In this document: positions 18,757 through 27,614 of the stretch, in pieces
Numbering within the stretch: position 1 is the stretch's first letter
How the letters are laid out: each line of letters begins with the position of its first letter
From: an uncultured Gammaproteobacteria bacterium
Lineage (GTDB): Bacteria; Patescibacteriota; Microgenomatia; UBA10105; UBA927
Assembly: GCA_964515005.1 (NCBI GenBank)
Contig: CAZEVT010000001.1
Span: 229,616 to 293,615 of the forward strand
Length of the DNA: 64,000 nucleotides
Reading direction: 5' to 3'
Program-made: the position numbers and the translations under genes
The notes under the pieces: generated by a model
Told to the model about the DNA's origin: nothing
The model's input: only the letters and a program-made list of their open reading frames with translations
The model's database searches: none

Positions 18757-19146
18757 TTACCAATTTCTTCCTCCGCGGTCATCGCCTCTGTCACCACCTC
18801 TTCCTCCTCCACCTCCTCTAAACCCACCGCCTCCTCCTCGTCCTCCACCACCGCCATATCCGCCTCCACCACCACCGAATCCTCGGTTTTCTCGTGGGGC
18901 CATTGGCTTGGCTTCATTAACGACGATTGCTCGTCCATCAAGGGTTTTGCCATTGAGTTCTGCAATTGCCTTTTTCGCTTCGTCATCTGTGCTCATTTCG
19001 ACAAATCCGAATCCTCGTGATTTCCCGGAGAATTTATCGGAAATGATTGTTGCAGATGTCACCGTACCGATCGTTGCAAAAAAGCTGCGAAGAGAGTCTT
19101 CTGTCGTATCCCATGAAAGTCCCCCAACAAATAATTTAACTGCCAT
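18757..19146 (-). CDS. rbp: RRM-type RNA-binding protein with Gly/Arg-rich C-terminal tail
   Basis: RNP-2 LFVGGL and RNP-1 RGFGFVEM motifs; GGGGGYGGGGGRGGGGG tail; strong GGAGGTG RBS 10 nt upstream. Confidence 0.85.
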   Translation of the reverse strand: MAVKLFVGGLSWDTTEDSLRSFFATIGTVTSATIISDKFSGKSRGFGFVEMSTDDEAKKAIAELNGKTLDGRAIVVNEAKPMAPRENRGFGGGGGGYGGGGGRGGGGGFRGGGGGRGGDRGDDRGGRNW

Positions 19147-19275
19147 AAATAATATTCACCTCCTCGGTAGACCTCATCTATTACCTGACTAACCCACTGT
19201 TGGGGCATAGATCACGAACAGAAAGGTTGATAGTCGCATTGTATCACGAATAGGGAGATATGGTATGCTTGATCT

Positions 19276-20094
19276 ATGCTGCCCTACAAGAAGATAGACC
19301 ATTGGAAAGCTCTTTCTGAACTCTCTCCTCTTACCGATTTGTCTAATCCTCCCCGACAATTATATTTCGCCGGACGAAGAAGCGCGGGTCTTTTTGCCAA
19401 TTGTGTTGCCATTGTCGGCAGCCGCAGAATGACAGAATACGGCCGGCGGGTAATAGAAAAAATCATCCCCCGGCTTGTGTTTGAAAAGAAAACTATAGTA
19501 TCTGGGTTTATGTACGGGGTAGATCAGTACGCACACCAGATGTGCTTAGAAAACGGCGGTAAAACAATTGCCGTGTTGGGGTGGGGAATCGGCGAGCCCC
19601 TTGAAGGAACCGACCGCAAACTTGCAGGGCGTATTATTTCGTCCGGCGGGCTCCTGATGAGCGAATGGGAAAGACAAAAGCCTACGCTATGGACCTTTCC
19701 GGTGCGCAATCGCATTGTGGCGGCGCTCTGCAATGAGGTGATCGTTGTTGAAGCGGCGGTCAAAAGCGGGTCGCTTATTACCGCCAATATCGCGCGCAAA
19801 CTGAAGCGCACCGTGTGGGCAGTTCCCGGTCCGATCACCAGTAGGACCTCTGCCGGGACCAATGCGCTTATCGCCGCGGGCGAGGCCGCGATGTGGCTGG
19901 GAGATGTTCCGCCACCTGCGGCCGTTTCGGATGACCCCATTGTGTCCGTGCTTGCTTCCGAAGCGTTAAGCGCAAGTGAACTGGCGCGAAAACTTGGGAA
20001 ACCGGTCTCAGACGTGGGTGCACAACTTTCTTTTCTTGCCATCACCGGACAGCTCACCGAGCGGGGAGGGAAATATTACGTTAGTCAAAATTAA
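19276..20094 (+). CDS. dprA: DNA processing protein DprA (Smf)
   Basis: Rossmann-like DprA core (AIVGSRRMTEYG...VVSGFMYGVDQYAH...IAVLGWGI) with C-terminal winged-helix extension. Confidence 0.8.
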   Translation: MLPYKKIDHWKALSELSPLTDLSNPPRQLYFAGRRSAGLFANCVAIVGSRRMTEYGRRVIEKIIPRLVFEKKTIVSGFMYGVDQYAHQMCLENGGKTIAVLGWGIGEPLEGTDRKLAGRIISSGGLLMSEWERQKPTLWTFPVRNRIVAALCNEVIVVEAAVKSGSLITANIARKLKRTVWAVPGPITSRTSAGTNALIAAGEAAMWLGDVPPPAAVSDDPIVSVLASEALSASELARKLGKPVSDVGAQLSFLAITGQLTERGGKYYVSQN

Positions 20095-21607
20095 ATCAAT
20101 CGCCAATGTGGGCCTTGAAAGTGTACCTGTGGACGTGGAAGTGGATGTAGCGTCTGCGGGTTTTCCGGGTTTTACGATTGTGGGTTTGGCAAGTAAGGCG
20201 GTCGAGGAAGCACGTGAGCGGGTAAAAACGGCGATCGTCAATTCCGGTTTTGATTTTCCGCCCAAAAAAATTACGGTCAACCTCGCTCCGGCGGATTTGC
20301 CGAAAGACGGCGCGGCCTACGATTTGCCGATCGCAATTGGCGTCCTTATCGCAAGCGGGCAGGTTACGTTGCCTAAAGGAAACATATATTTTTATGGAGA
20401 GCTTTCTCTTGACGGGGCGCTTCGGTCTACCCGCGGTATTTTGCTTTTAGCCCTTCATGCTGCAAAAAAGAAAGACGCTATTATTTTTATCCCTGCTTCG
20501 TCGGCTGCGGAGGCGAGCGTGGTGTCGGGCGTTACGGTATTGCCGGTCCCCATGCTTGTTGATCTCGTCCGGCACATGACCGGCGAAAAAATAATTCCTG
20601 CACTTCCCCATACGGCATACGAGAGTATTGACGAGGAAGTATCGATTGATTTTGATCTTAAAGAAATTGCCGGTCAGGAGCAGGCCAAGCGGGCGCTCGT
20701 TATTGCTGCCGCGGGTGGACACAACATGCTCATGTGGGGCCCGCCGGGAACGGGGAAGACCATGCTTGCGCGCGCACTCCCCGGCATATTACCGCCACTT
20801 ACCGACGCCGAGGCGCTTGAGGTAACACGAATTTTTTCGATTTCCGGGCTCTTATCGCCGGGTGTAGCACTTATCAAAAAACGTTCATTTCGGTCTCCGC
20901 ATCATGGGGTATCGGCGGCGGGTGTCATCGGCGGGGGAACCAATCCGTTGCCGGGAGAGGTTTCGCTGGCTCATTTGGGCGTATTGTTTTTGGACGAAAT
21001 GCCCGAGTTTCCGCGAAGTGTTTTGGAGAGCCTTCGGCAGCCCATGGAGGATGGCGTGGTGGAGATCGTCCGCGTCTCGGGCCACGTACGGTATCCGGCA
21101 AGTTTTACTTTAATTGCTGCCATTAATCCGTGTCCGTGCGGGTATTTGGGTCACCCGCGCCGGGAATGTAAATGCACCGATAAACAGATCGCCAAATATC
21201 GTCACCGCATTTCCGGGCCTATTTTGGATCGTATTGATTTGACCGTCTCGGTCGCGCCGGTTGAAGTGGAAAAATTATCTATTACAAAAGCCCATGCGGG
21301 TGAAGCGCTCACCTCAAAAGAGGCAAAAGCGTTGGTGATACAAGCACGAAGAACTCAGGCCAAACGTTTTGCGGGAACGCCCTTGTATACCAATTCCCAA
21401 ATGCGAAATCGCGAGGTGAAAGCGCTTTGTCAGTTGACTCCGGAGGCGGAGAATTTTTTGAAACTCGCAGCCGAAAAATACGACTTTTCCGCTCGAAGCT
21501 ACATGCGGCTTATCAAAGTAGCCCGTACAATTGCAGATTTATCCCACGAAAAAACCATTCTTCCCGCGCACATGGCAGAAGCCATTCAATACAAACAATT
21601 GGTATGA
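20084..21607 (+). CDS. comM: YifB/ComM-family Mg-chelatase-like AAA+ ATPase (start uncertain; ORF-track ATG at 19976 would overlap dprA by 118 nt)
   Basis: N-terminal Lon-protease-like domain, Walker A GPPGTGKTMLARAL, C-terminal Mg-chelatase subunit ChlI domain; alignment to family N-terminus suggests a start near 20078-20105. Confidence 0.8.
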   Translation, partial: VKIKSIANVGLESVPVDVEVDVASAGFPGFTIVGLASKAVEEARERVKTAIVNSGFDFPPKKITVNLAPADLPKDGAAYDLPIAIGVLIASGQVTLPKGNIYFYGELSLDGALRSTRGILLLALHAAKKKDAIIFIPASSAAEASVVSGVTVLPVPMLVDLVRHMTGEKIIPALPHTAYESIDEEVSIDFDLKEIAGQEQAKRALVIAAAGGHNMLMWGPPGTGKTMLARALPGILPPLTDAEALEVTRIFSISGLLSPGVALIKKRSFRSPHHGVSAAGVIGGGTNPLPGEVSLAHLGVLFLDEMPEFPRSVLESLRQPMEDGVVEIVRVSGHVRYPASFTLIAAINPCPCGYLGHPRRECKCTDKQIAKYRHRISGPILDRIDLTVSVAPVEVEKLSITKAHAGEALTSKEAKALVIQARRTQAKRFAGTPLYTNSQMRNREVKALCQLTPEAENFLKLAAEKYDFSARSYMRLIKVARTIADLSHEKTILPAHMAEAIQYKQLV

Positions 21608-21957
21608 AAGCCTTAAACCGCGTGACCGGTCGCTCCGGAGAAGATGTTGCCGCCCGTACTCTTCAAGACAAGGGATATACAATTCTCGAGCGAAATTTTG
21701 GGAGTAAATTTGGGGAAATAGATATTATTGCGAAAGATAAAAACACCCTCGTGTTTGTGGAGGTGAAGGCAAAAACCGGAATTGCATTTGGATCACCGGA
21801 AGAGATGGTCGGGCGGGGTAAATTGCAGCGGATTCGCAACATGGCGACCATCTATATGAACGGTACGTCTGTCTCATGCCGCATCGACGTGGTCGCGATT
21901 GTTTTGGGTGACAATAACGAAGTTGTCAGACTTACACATTATGAGAATGTGACTTAA
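21604..21957 (+). CDS. yraN: YraN-family (UPF0102) endonuclease
   Basis: EIDIIAKDKNTLVFVEVKAK motif of the UPF0102/YraN PD-(D/E)xK family; ATGA overlap with comM stop. Confidence 0.7.
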   Translation: MKALNRVTGRSGEDVAARTLQDKGYTILERNFGSKFGEIDIIAKDKNTLVFVEVKAKTGIAFGSPEEMVGRGKLQRIRNMATIYMNGTSVSCRIDVVAIVLGDNNEVVRLTHYENVT

Positions 21958-22318
21958 GCCATGAAGCAATACTTTTGAGGTCGGGTTTTTGGTTGTCTAC
22001 ATGCACCATAAAGTCGGCCGCGTCGTGGGCTTTTGCCAATAGATGATAGTTGTTGATCCAAAGAAATCGCTTGGTTGCTGCCCACGCCGTCCTTTTATTT
22101 CCATCAGTAAATGGATGGTTCATACATAAGGATTGCAAGAGTGCGGCCGCCATGGCAAAAATAGTGGGGTAGAGGTTTCGCCCGCCGAATGTTGCCTTCG
22201 GTCGTTCAATAGCAGAATGAAGCAACGTAAAATCCCGAACAATAGCTTTTGTTTTCGCGCGAGCAATAATTGCCTCATGGATGGCATATACCTCTTCAAT
22301 ATCAATGAATGCGATCAT
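21932..22318 (-). CDS. doc: Doc (death-on-curing) Fic-fold toxin
   Basis: HPFTDGNKRTA Doc-type Fic motif; 128 aa; immediately downstream of its antitoxin. Confidence 0.75.
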   Translation of the reverse strand: MIAFIDIEEVYAIHEAIIARAKTKAIVRDFTLLHSAIERPKATFGGRNLYPTIFAMAAALLQSLCMNHPFTDGNKRTAWAATKRFLWINNYHLLAKAHDAADFMVHVDNQKPDLKSIASWLKSHSHNV

Positions 22319-22320
22319 GA

Positions 22321-22575
22321 TTATCGATGCGCGAGTTCATCAAGCAGATCAGCATCTTCCTTGAGAAAGCCCTCAAGCCACTCGTGAAATTCTTTTTCGG
22401 ATCGGGATGGTTTTTGAAAATCTTTTTTGATGCGACGAATGAGAAATCCGTCCGCGTCGGGAATATAATTAACCGATACTTTTTGTCCCCGCCGCCATTT
22501 TGCCTCCTGCATGAGGGGCGCAGCAAGAACAACAGCGTCGCTGTTTCCGAGTTGTGTAACCTTTGTGATTTGCAT
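22321..22575 (-). CDS. phd: AbrB/MazE/Phd-like antitoxin partnered with Doc
   Basis: 84 aa, N-terminal swapped-hairpin-like (VVLAAPLMQEAKWRRGQKVSV), acidic C-terminus; 3-nt gap to doc. Confidence 0.65.
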   Translation of the reverse strand: MQITKVTQLGNSDAVVLAAPLMQEAKWRRGQKVSVNYIPDADGFLIRRIKKDFQKPSRSEKEFHEWLEGFLKEDADLLDELAHR

Positions 22576-22632
22576 ATGTACGAACCATGTTAGTACATAT
22601 CGTTTGACATGTCAAGAGCTATGTGATATACT
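22576..22632. promoter_or_regulatory. Divergent promoter region: palindromic TTGACATGTCAA supplies a -35 for both strands; plus-strand -10 TATACT (22627-22632) drives the trpB2-trpS leader; minus-strand promoter plus TATGTAC/GTACATA inverted repeat serves phd-doc
   Basis: TTGACA at 22604-22609, 17-nt spacer, TATACT; inverted repeat tatgtac...gtacata at 22575-22600, a likely antitoxin operator. Confidence 0.6.
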
Positions 22633-22639
22633 TCTTATT

Positions 22640-22917
22640 ATCTTAATACAAGCCATGAGGGCGTGTGGATGGAACCCCTCAATCCGAAAGGAAGGCTGAC
22701 CATAATCAGGTACGGAGGCGAAACCGTAAAAAGTCTGTCAACATATGTCGCAATAAGCGGAGTATGTCATGAATGAGACTTTCTCATTGTTTTGACGCAC
22801 TCCCCGTAAGGGGAGTTTTTGTGTCAACTAACGGGGAAGCGAAGCAAGGTGGCAACACGGTCGGACCGTCCTTGCAAATTTCGATGGGAACATCGGGGTT
22901 TGCACGGGCGGTTTTTT
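22640..22917 (+). promoter_or_regulatory. T-box riboswitch leader, putatively tRNA-Trp responsive
   Basis: T-box-like sequence AAGCAAGGUGGCAACACGG (22842-22860); canonical antiterminator GCAAGG / 7-nt bulge UGGCAAC / ACGG-UCGGA-CCGU / CCUUGC; competing terminator CCGUCCUUGCAAA...UUUGCACGGGCGG plus U6 (22866-22917); stem III hairpin CUCCCCGUAAGGGGAG; candidate UGG specifier in GUGGAUGGAAC; RBS GGAAAGGAGG precedes the ATG at 22939. Confidence 0.6.
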
Positions 22918-22938
22918 GGTGGAAAGGAGGTGAAAATT

Positions 22939-24246
22939 ATGAAACTGAATAATTTAAGGCAAGTAGAGATTCCGACACATTATCTTAATCTTCTCTACTT
23001 TCTCAAAACGTATCTTGGGGAATTGCCAGCGCCGCCGCTTGATCCCAAGACGAAACAGCCGATTGGTCCGGATGCTTTGGCGCGGTTATTTCCGATGGAA
23101 CTTATCAAACAGGAAGTTTCATTGGATCGGGAAATTCCAATTCCTGAAGAGGTGAGAGAGTTATATAAAATATACCGTCCATCGCCGCTTTTACGGGCAC
23201 GACGTTTGGAGAATGTACTCGGAACGCCCGCGCATATTTATTTCAAATACGAAGGCGTTTCGCCGGTGGGGAGTCACAAGTTGAATACCGCTTTGGCGCA
23301 GGCATATTACAACAAGAAAGAAGGTGTCATGGGTTTGACGACGGAAACCGGTGCCGGCCAATGGGGGTCAGCGCTCGCGCTTGCATGCAAGTTGTTTGAC
23401 CTAAAGTGTCGGGTGTTTATGGTGCGGACGTCCTTTGACAACAAGCCGTACAGGAAAACGGTTATGAATATTTATGGCGCGCAGGTGGTCGCCAGTCCTT
23501 CTCACGAAACGGCAGCCGGACGGTCGTTTCTGAAAAAGGACCCAAAGACATCCGGAAGTTTAGGGATGGCGATTTCTGAGGCAATCGAAGTGGCTGTAAC
23601 GACACCCAAGACACATTATGCATTAGGGAGTGTCCTGAACCATGTGCTTTTGCACCAAACCATTATCGGTCAGGAAGCCAAAAAGCAAATGGAAAAGGAA
23701 GGCGTGTATCCTGATATTGTCATCGGTTGTTGCGGGGGTGGGAGTAATCTCGCCGGGATATCCTTTGCTTTTCTGGCAGATAAGATTGCCGGAAAGAAAA
23801 AGAGCTTGCGGGTGGTAGCCGTCGAACCTACGGCGTGTCCCACGCTAACTCGTGGTGAGTATCGATACGATTCGGGTGATACGGCGGGGATGACACCTCT
23901 CATGAAAATGTATACGGTAGGGAGCGATTTTGTGCCGTCACCAATACACGCAGGGGGTTTGCGATATCACGGTGATGCCCCGTTGATTTGTTTTTTGTAC
24001 CACAGGAAGCTCATCGAAGCGGTGGCATACGATCAGTTGTCGGTTTTTGAGGCGGCTGAGCTTTTTGCCCAAACTGAAGGCATTATCTCGGCTCCCGAGT
24101 CCGCGCATGCCATTAAGCACGTGATTGTTGAGGCACTCCGTGCCAAAAAAGAAGGGAAAAAGAAAACGATTCTTTTTAACCTTTCCGGGCACGGGCTTTT
24201 GGATTTGGGTGCATATGAAGAGTTTTTGGAGGGGCGGATGAAATAA
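22939..24246 (+). CDS. trpB: TrpB2-type tryptophan synthase beta-like PLP-dependent enzyme
   Basis: PLP-lysine motif VGSHKLNTA; glycine-rich loop GCCGGGSN; ~435 aa as in TrpB2 subfamily; no trpA in window. Confidence 0.8.
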   Translation: MKLNNLRQVEIPTHYLNLLYFLKTYLGELPAPPLDPKTKQPIGPDALARLFPMELIKQEVSLDREIPIPEEVRELYKIYRPSPLLRARRLENVLGTPAHIYFKYEGVSPVGSHKLNTALAQAYYNKKEGVMGLTTETGAGQWGSALALACKLFDLKCRVFMVRTSFDNKPYRKTVMNIYGAQVVASPSHETAAGRSFLKKDPKTSGSLGMAISEAIEVAVTTPKTHYALGSVLNHVLLHQTIIGQEAKKQMEKEGVYPDIVIGCCGGGSNLAGISFAFLADKIAGKKKSLRVVAVEPTACPTLTRGEYRYDSGDTAGMTPLMKMYTVGSDFVPSPIHAGGLRYHGDAPLICFLYHRKLIEAVAYDQLSVFEAAELFAQTEGIISAPESAHAIKHVIVEALRAKKEGKKKTILFNLSGHGLLDLGAYEEFLEGRMK

Positions 24247-24305
24247 TACGTAAATGCCGCCCCGCAAAATCTGCGGGGCGGCATGATAGAATGAAAGGAG
24301 AATCT

Positions 24306-25658
24306 ATGAAACGAATTTTGTCAGGTATTACACCAAGTGGGGACGGAAGCCTGCATATCGGCAACTATTTAGGTGCCGTCAGGCAGTTTAATGAGCTCGC
24401 AAAAACGCATGAGTGTTTTCTGATGGTTGCCGATCTTCACGCACTTACCACCATTCAGGACAAAGCCATGCTTCAAAAAAATACCGAGACACTGATTCTC
24501 AACGAACTTGCGCTTCTTGGTGATTTGAAAAATATTACGTTTTTCCGGCAGTCCGATGTGCCGGCGCACACGGAACTGCAATCCATTCTCAACAACGTCA
24601 CGCCGCTTGGGCTTCTGAAACGGGCCCATGCGTATAAAGATAAACTCGGGAAAGACGTGATGGTGGATGATATTAACGTGGGACTCTTCAGTTACCCCAT
24701 GCTTATGGCGGCAGATATACTCCTCTACAAACCCGACCTCGTGCCGGTGGGGAAGGACCAGAAGCAGCATATTGAAATAACCCGCGATATCGCCCAGCGG
24801 TTTAACAAGATTTTCAAGAAAAATGTTTTTAAACTTCCTGACCCATACATCCCGGAAGAGGTCGCCGTTATTTCGGGAACTGACGGCAAACGGAAAATGA
24901 GCAAATCATTGGGGAACATCATCAGCATCTTTGAAAACGAAGAAATTATTCGCAAACAAGTCAACAGTACGTACACCGATCCGACCAGGAAACACGCAAG
25001 CGACCCCGGACACATTGAGGGGAACATGGTGTTCGCGTATCTTGAATTTTTCGGCGAAAAGGCCAAAAATGGCCAGTTGAAAGAGTTCTATACAAAAGGC
25101 CAAGTATCAGATGTTGAGGTAAAAAAGTATTTATTCGATTCTTTGATGAAAACATTCAAAAATGCCCGCGCGCGGTACGCGGATTTGGTTGCTCACCCCG
25201 AAAAAGTCAAAAAGATTTTGGAAGAGGGAGCGGCAAAAGCAAGAGCGGTTGCGGGGGTCACTACGAGTGAAGTACGGGAGGCAATAGGGTTAGTCAATAG
25301 CTATTCCATAGGAGCGGTTGGTCAGTCCTCGACCATAACGATTGATGAATTTACGCGTATGGAAATGCGGGTGGGGAAGGTGCTCGAGGCAACGAATAAA
25401 GAGGGGAGTGACAAACTTATTCGTCTACTGGTAGATGTAGGAGAACAAAAGTCTCGCGTAATATTTACCGGCGTCCGGCCTTTTGGTTACACTCCTGAAT
25501 TTTTCGCGGGTAAGCAGTTTTTCTTTATTACTAATCTCGCGCCTCGCCGCATGATGAATGAGGAGTCCCAAGGCATGATTATGGCCGTTGATGGCCCAGA
25601 CGGTAAACCGCTGTTTATATCCGCGGACGATATGCCGGTGGGTGCAAAGATACGATAA
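24306..25658 (+). CDS. trpS: Tryptophanyl-tRNA synthetase fused to a C-terminal OB-fold tRNA-binding (Myf/EMAP-like) domain
   Basis: Class I motifs GDGSLHIGNY (HIGH-type) and KMSKS; ~330-aa TrpRS core; ~115-aa C-terminal extension RMEMRVGKVLEATN...FFFITNL resembling the MetRS-C/CsaA tRNA-binding domain. Confidence 0.9.
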   Translation: MKRILSGITPSGDGSLHIGNYLGAVRQFNELAKTHECFLMVADLHALTTIQDKAMLQKNTETLILNELALLGDLKNITFFRQSDVPAHTELQSILNNVTPLGLLKRAHAYKDKLGKDVMVDDINVGLFSYPMLMAADILLYKPDLVPVGKDQKQHIEITRDIAQRFNKIFKKNVFKLPDPYIPEEVAVISGTDGKRKMSKSLGNIISIFENEEIIRKQVNSTYTDPTRKHASDPGHIEGNMVFAYLEFFGEKAKNGQLKEFYTKGQVSDVEVKKYLFDSLMKTFKNARARYADLVAHPEKVKKILEEGAAKARAVAGVTTSEVREAIGLVNSYSIGAVGQSSTITIDEFTRMEMRVGKVLEATNKEGSDKLIRLLVDVGEQKSRVIFTGVRPFGYTPEFFAGKQFFFITNLAPRRMMNEESQGMIMAVDGPDGKPLFISADDMPVGAKIR

Positions 25659-25662
25659 CAGC

Positions 25663-27570
25663 TTAGGAATCTATTGCAGGCGTTTTCTTGGGGCCGCCCA
25701 TGAGGGCAGCAAATTCATCTCCCTCGATGGTTTCTTTCTTCTTGAGTTCCTCGGCGACCCGGTCTAACTCTTTACGGTGTTTTTTGAGGACTTCTGCGGC
25801 TTTTTTGTAGCCTTCGTTGAGGAACTTCTGGATCTCGGTGTCAATTTTGGAAAGCATCTCCGGGGAGATTTGTGAGGCTTCCATAAACGATTTGCCCCAT
25901 TCGGTAACATCCATCTGCGGGCCGAAGTTGACGGGACCGATGTCCGACATGCCAAACTCCATCACCATATAGCGGGCGATGCGGGTTGCCTGGTCAATGT
26001 CATTTGCCGCCCCTGAGGTCATTTCGTTGAAAATTAACTGTTCGGCGGCGCGTCCTCCCATGGTCATGGCAATCTGGTCAATGAGGCGCGAGCGGGTTTC
26101 GTGCAGGCGGTCTTTCTCGGGAGGGGCCATGGTAAAGCCCAGAGCCATACCGCGGGAAACGATACTGATGCGGTGCACCGGGTCCAAATACGGGCTATAG
26201 TAATTGACGATCGCGTGACCCGCCTCGTGGTAGGCAGTCATTTTGCGGTCCATATCGGTTTGGAGTCGCTTTTTCTCCGGCCCCAACTTCACCTTCGTCG
26301 CCGCTTCCTCAAGGTCTGCCATGTCTATTTCTTTCTTGTTGCCGCGGGCCGCTTGAATGGCTGCTTCGTTCAGCATGTTTTCAATGTCCGCCCCTGAAAA
26401 TCCGACCGTGCGTTTGGAGACTTTGTCCCAGTCAACGGCTGCGGTAAATGGCTTGCCTCTGGCGTGAATGGCAAGGATGTCTTTCCTTCCGGCCATATCA
26501 GGGAGATCAAGAACGACCCTGCGGTCAAATCTTCCCGGGCGAAGAAGCGCCGGGTCCAACAGATCGCCGCGGTTGGTGGCGGCAACGATCAAAACGGCGG
26601 TATTGGGTTCAAATCCGTCCATTTCAACAAGAATTTGATTCAATGTCTGTTCGCGCTCATCATGCCCGCCCATGATCCCGACGCTGCGCATTCGTCCTAT
26701 CGCGTCAATCTCGTCGATGAAAATAATGGCGGGGGCGTTTTTCTTGGCTTGGCCAAAGAGGTCCCGCACGCGCGCGGCGCCAACGCCGACGAGCATTTCC
26801 ATAAATTCAGATCCGGCGATCGAGTAAAATGCAGTTTTTGCTTCACCCGCCAAAGCCTTGGCAAGCAGTGTTTTCCCCGTGCCGCTGGGTCCAACGAGGA
26901 TGACACCTTTGGGTGTACGGGCGCCCAGGGCCTTGTATTTCGTTGGATTTTTGAGGAAGTCGACGACTTCTTCCAGCTCCTTTTTGGCCTCGTCCACGCC
27001 TGCAACATCGGCAAACGTCACTTTCGGAAGGTCTTTGTTCCAGATTCTTGCTTTACTCTGTCCGAAGCTAAAGAGATTGTCCTGCGCGCCCCGGGCCTGG
27101 CGGAAAATGAAGAGGAAGAACAGTACGGTAAGAACCAAGGGGAGGACATTGGAAATAATCCCAAGCCACATTTGGCCGACGCTTAAATCCTTAACTTGGA
27201 TTTCGACTGATTTGGGATCTACCTGCGCCCCTTCCAAGAGTTTATAGAGCGACTCCTGGGGTTCTTTGTGGGAAATCGCCTTGTCGCCATTCTTATATTC
27301 AACAAACAACTTTTCTTCCTCCACTTCAATTTTGGCGACTGTCCCGGATTTGACATCGGCAATCACCGTGGAGAGTGGTTTCTGGGGGAGCAGTCGTTCC
27401 TGGCTGCCCACGCTTCCCAAAAGGGAAAGAAGCATAAATGCTACAAACAGAACGATAAAGACATTTTTGAGATTAAAGTTCAGCTGAAACATCCACACTT
27501 TGCCCTTTTTACCATTGGGTTTATGGGTGCCGTTCTTCTGCAGGTGTTTCGGGTGAGCCTTTTCTGCCAT
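25663..27570 (-). CDS. ftsH: ATP-dependent zinc metalloprotease FtsH
   Basis: Two TM helices, Walker [22 protein letters not shown] region, zinc motif HEAGHAIV. Confidence 0.9.
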   Translation of the reverse strand: MAEKAHPKHLQKNGTHKPNGKKGKVWMFQLNFNLKNVFIVLFVAFMLLSLLGSVGSQERLLPQKPLSTVIADVKSGTVAKIEVEEEKLFVEYKNGDKAISHKEPQESLYKLLEGAQVDPKSVEIQVKDLSVGQMWLGIISNVLPLVLTVLFFLFIFRQARGAQDNLFSFGQSKARIWNKDLPKVTFADVAGVDEAKKELEEVVDFLKNPTKYKALGARTPKGVILVGPSGTGKTLLAKALAGEAKTAFYSIAGSEFMEMLVGVGAARVRDLFGQAKKNAPAIIFIDEIDAIGRMRSVGIMGGHDEREQTLNQILVEMDGFEPNTAVLIVAATNRGDLLDPALLRPGRFDRRVVLDLPDMAGRKDILAIHARGKPFTAAVDWDKVSKRTVGFSGADIENMLNEAAIQAARGNKKEIDMADLEEAATKVKLGPEKKRLQTDMDRKMTAYHEAGHAIVNYYSPYLDPVHRISIVSRGMALGFTMAPPEKDRLHETRSRLIDQIAMTMGGRAAEQLIFNEMTSGAANDIDQATRIARYMVMEFGMSDIGPVNFGPQMDVTEWGKSFMEASQISPEMLSKIDTEIQKFLNEGYKKAAEVLKKHRKELDRVAEELKKKETIEGDEFAALMGGPKKTPAIDS

Positions 27571-27614
27571 AGATGAACGAAGTATACCACGAATAAAGGT
27601 GCTACAATAGCCTC

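Noticed and set aside
18366-18986. 206-aa minus-strand ORF (and 18430-18750 ORF) spanning the candidate ncRNA and overlapping rbp
   Set aside because: It overlaps the well-supported RRM gene in another frame and runs through the terminator and promoter elements. The Gly-rich low-complexity DNA generates long spurious ORFs.
22690-22712. UCCGAAAGGAAGG segment resembling SRP RNA helix 8 (GNRA tetraloop + AGGAAG)
   Set aside because: No matching 3' strand of SRP domain IV follows, and the segment lies inside the T-box leader, so it is better explained as part of stem I.
22797-22822. Hairpin + T-run (CUCCCCGUAAGGGGAGUUUUUG) that looks like an intrinsic terminator in the middle of the leader
   Set aside because: Its position immediately upstream of the T-box sequence matches stem III of T-box leaders, so it need not be a functional terminator.
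26464-27186. 240-aa plus-strand ORF inside ftsH
   Set aside because: It is antisense to ftsH (Walker A, HEAGH present), so it is spurious.
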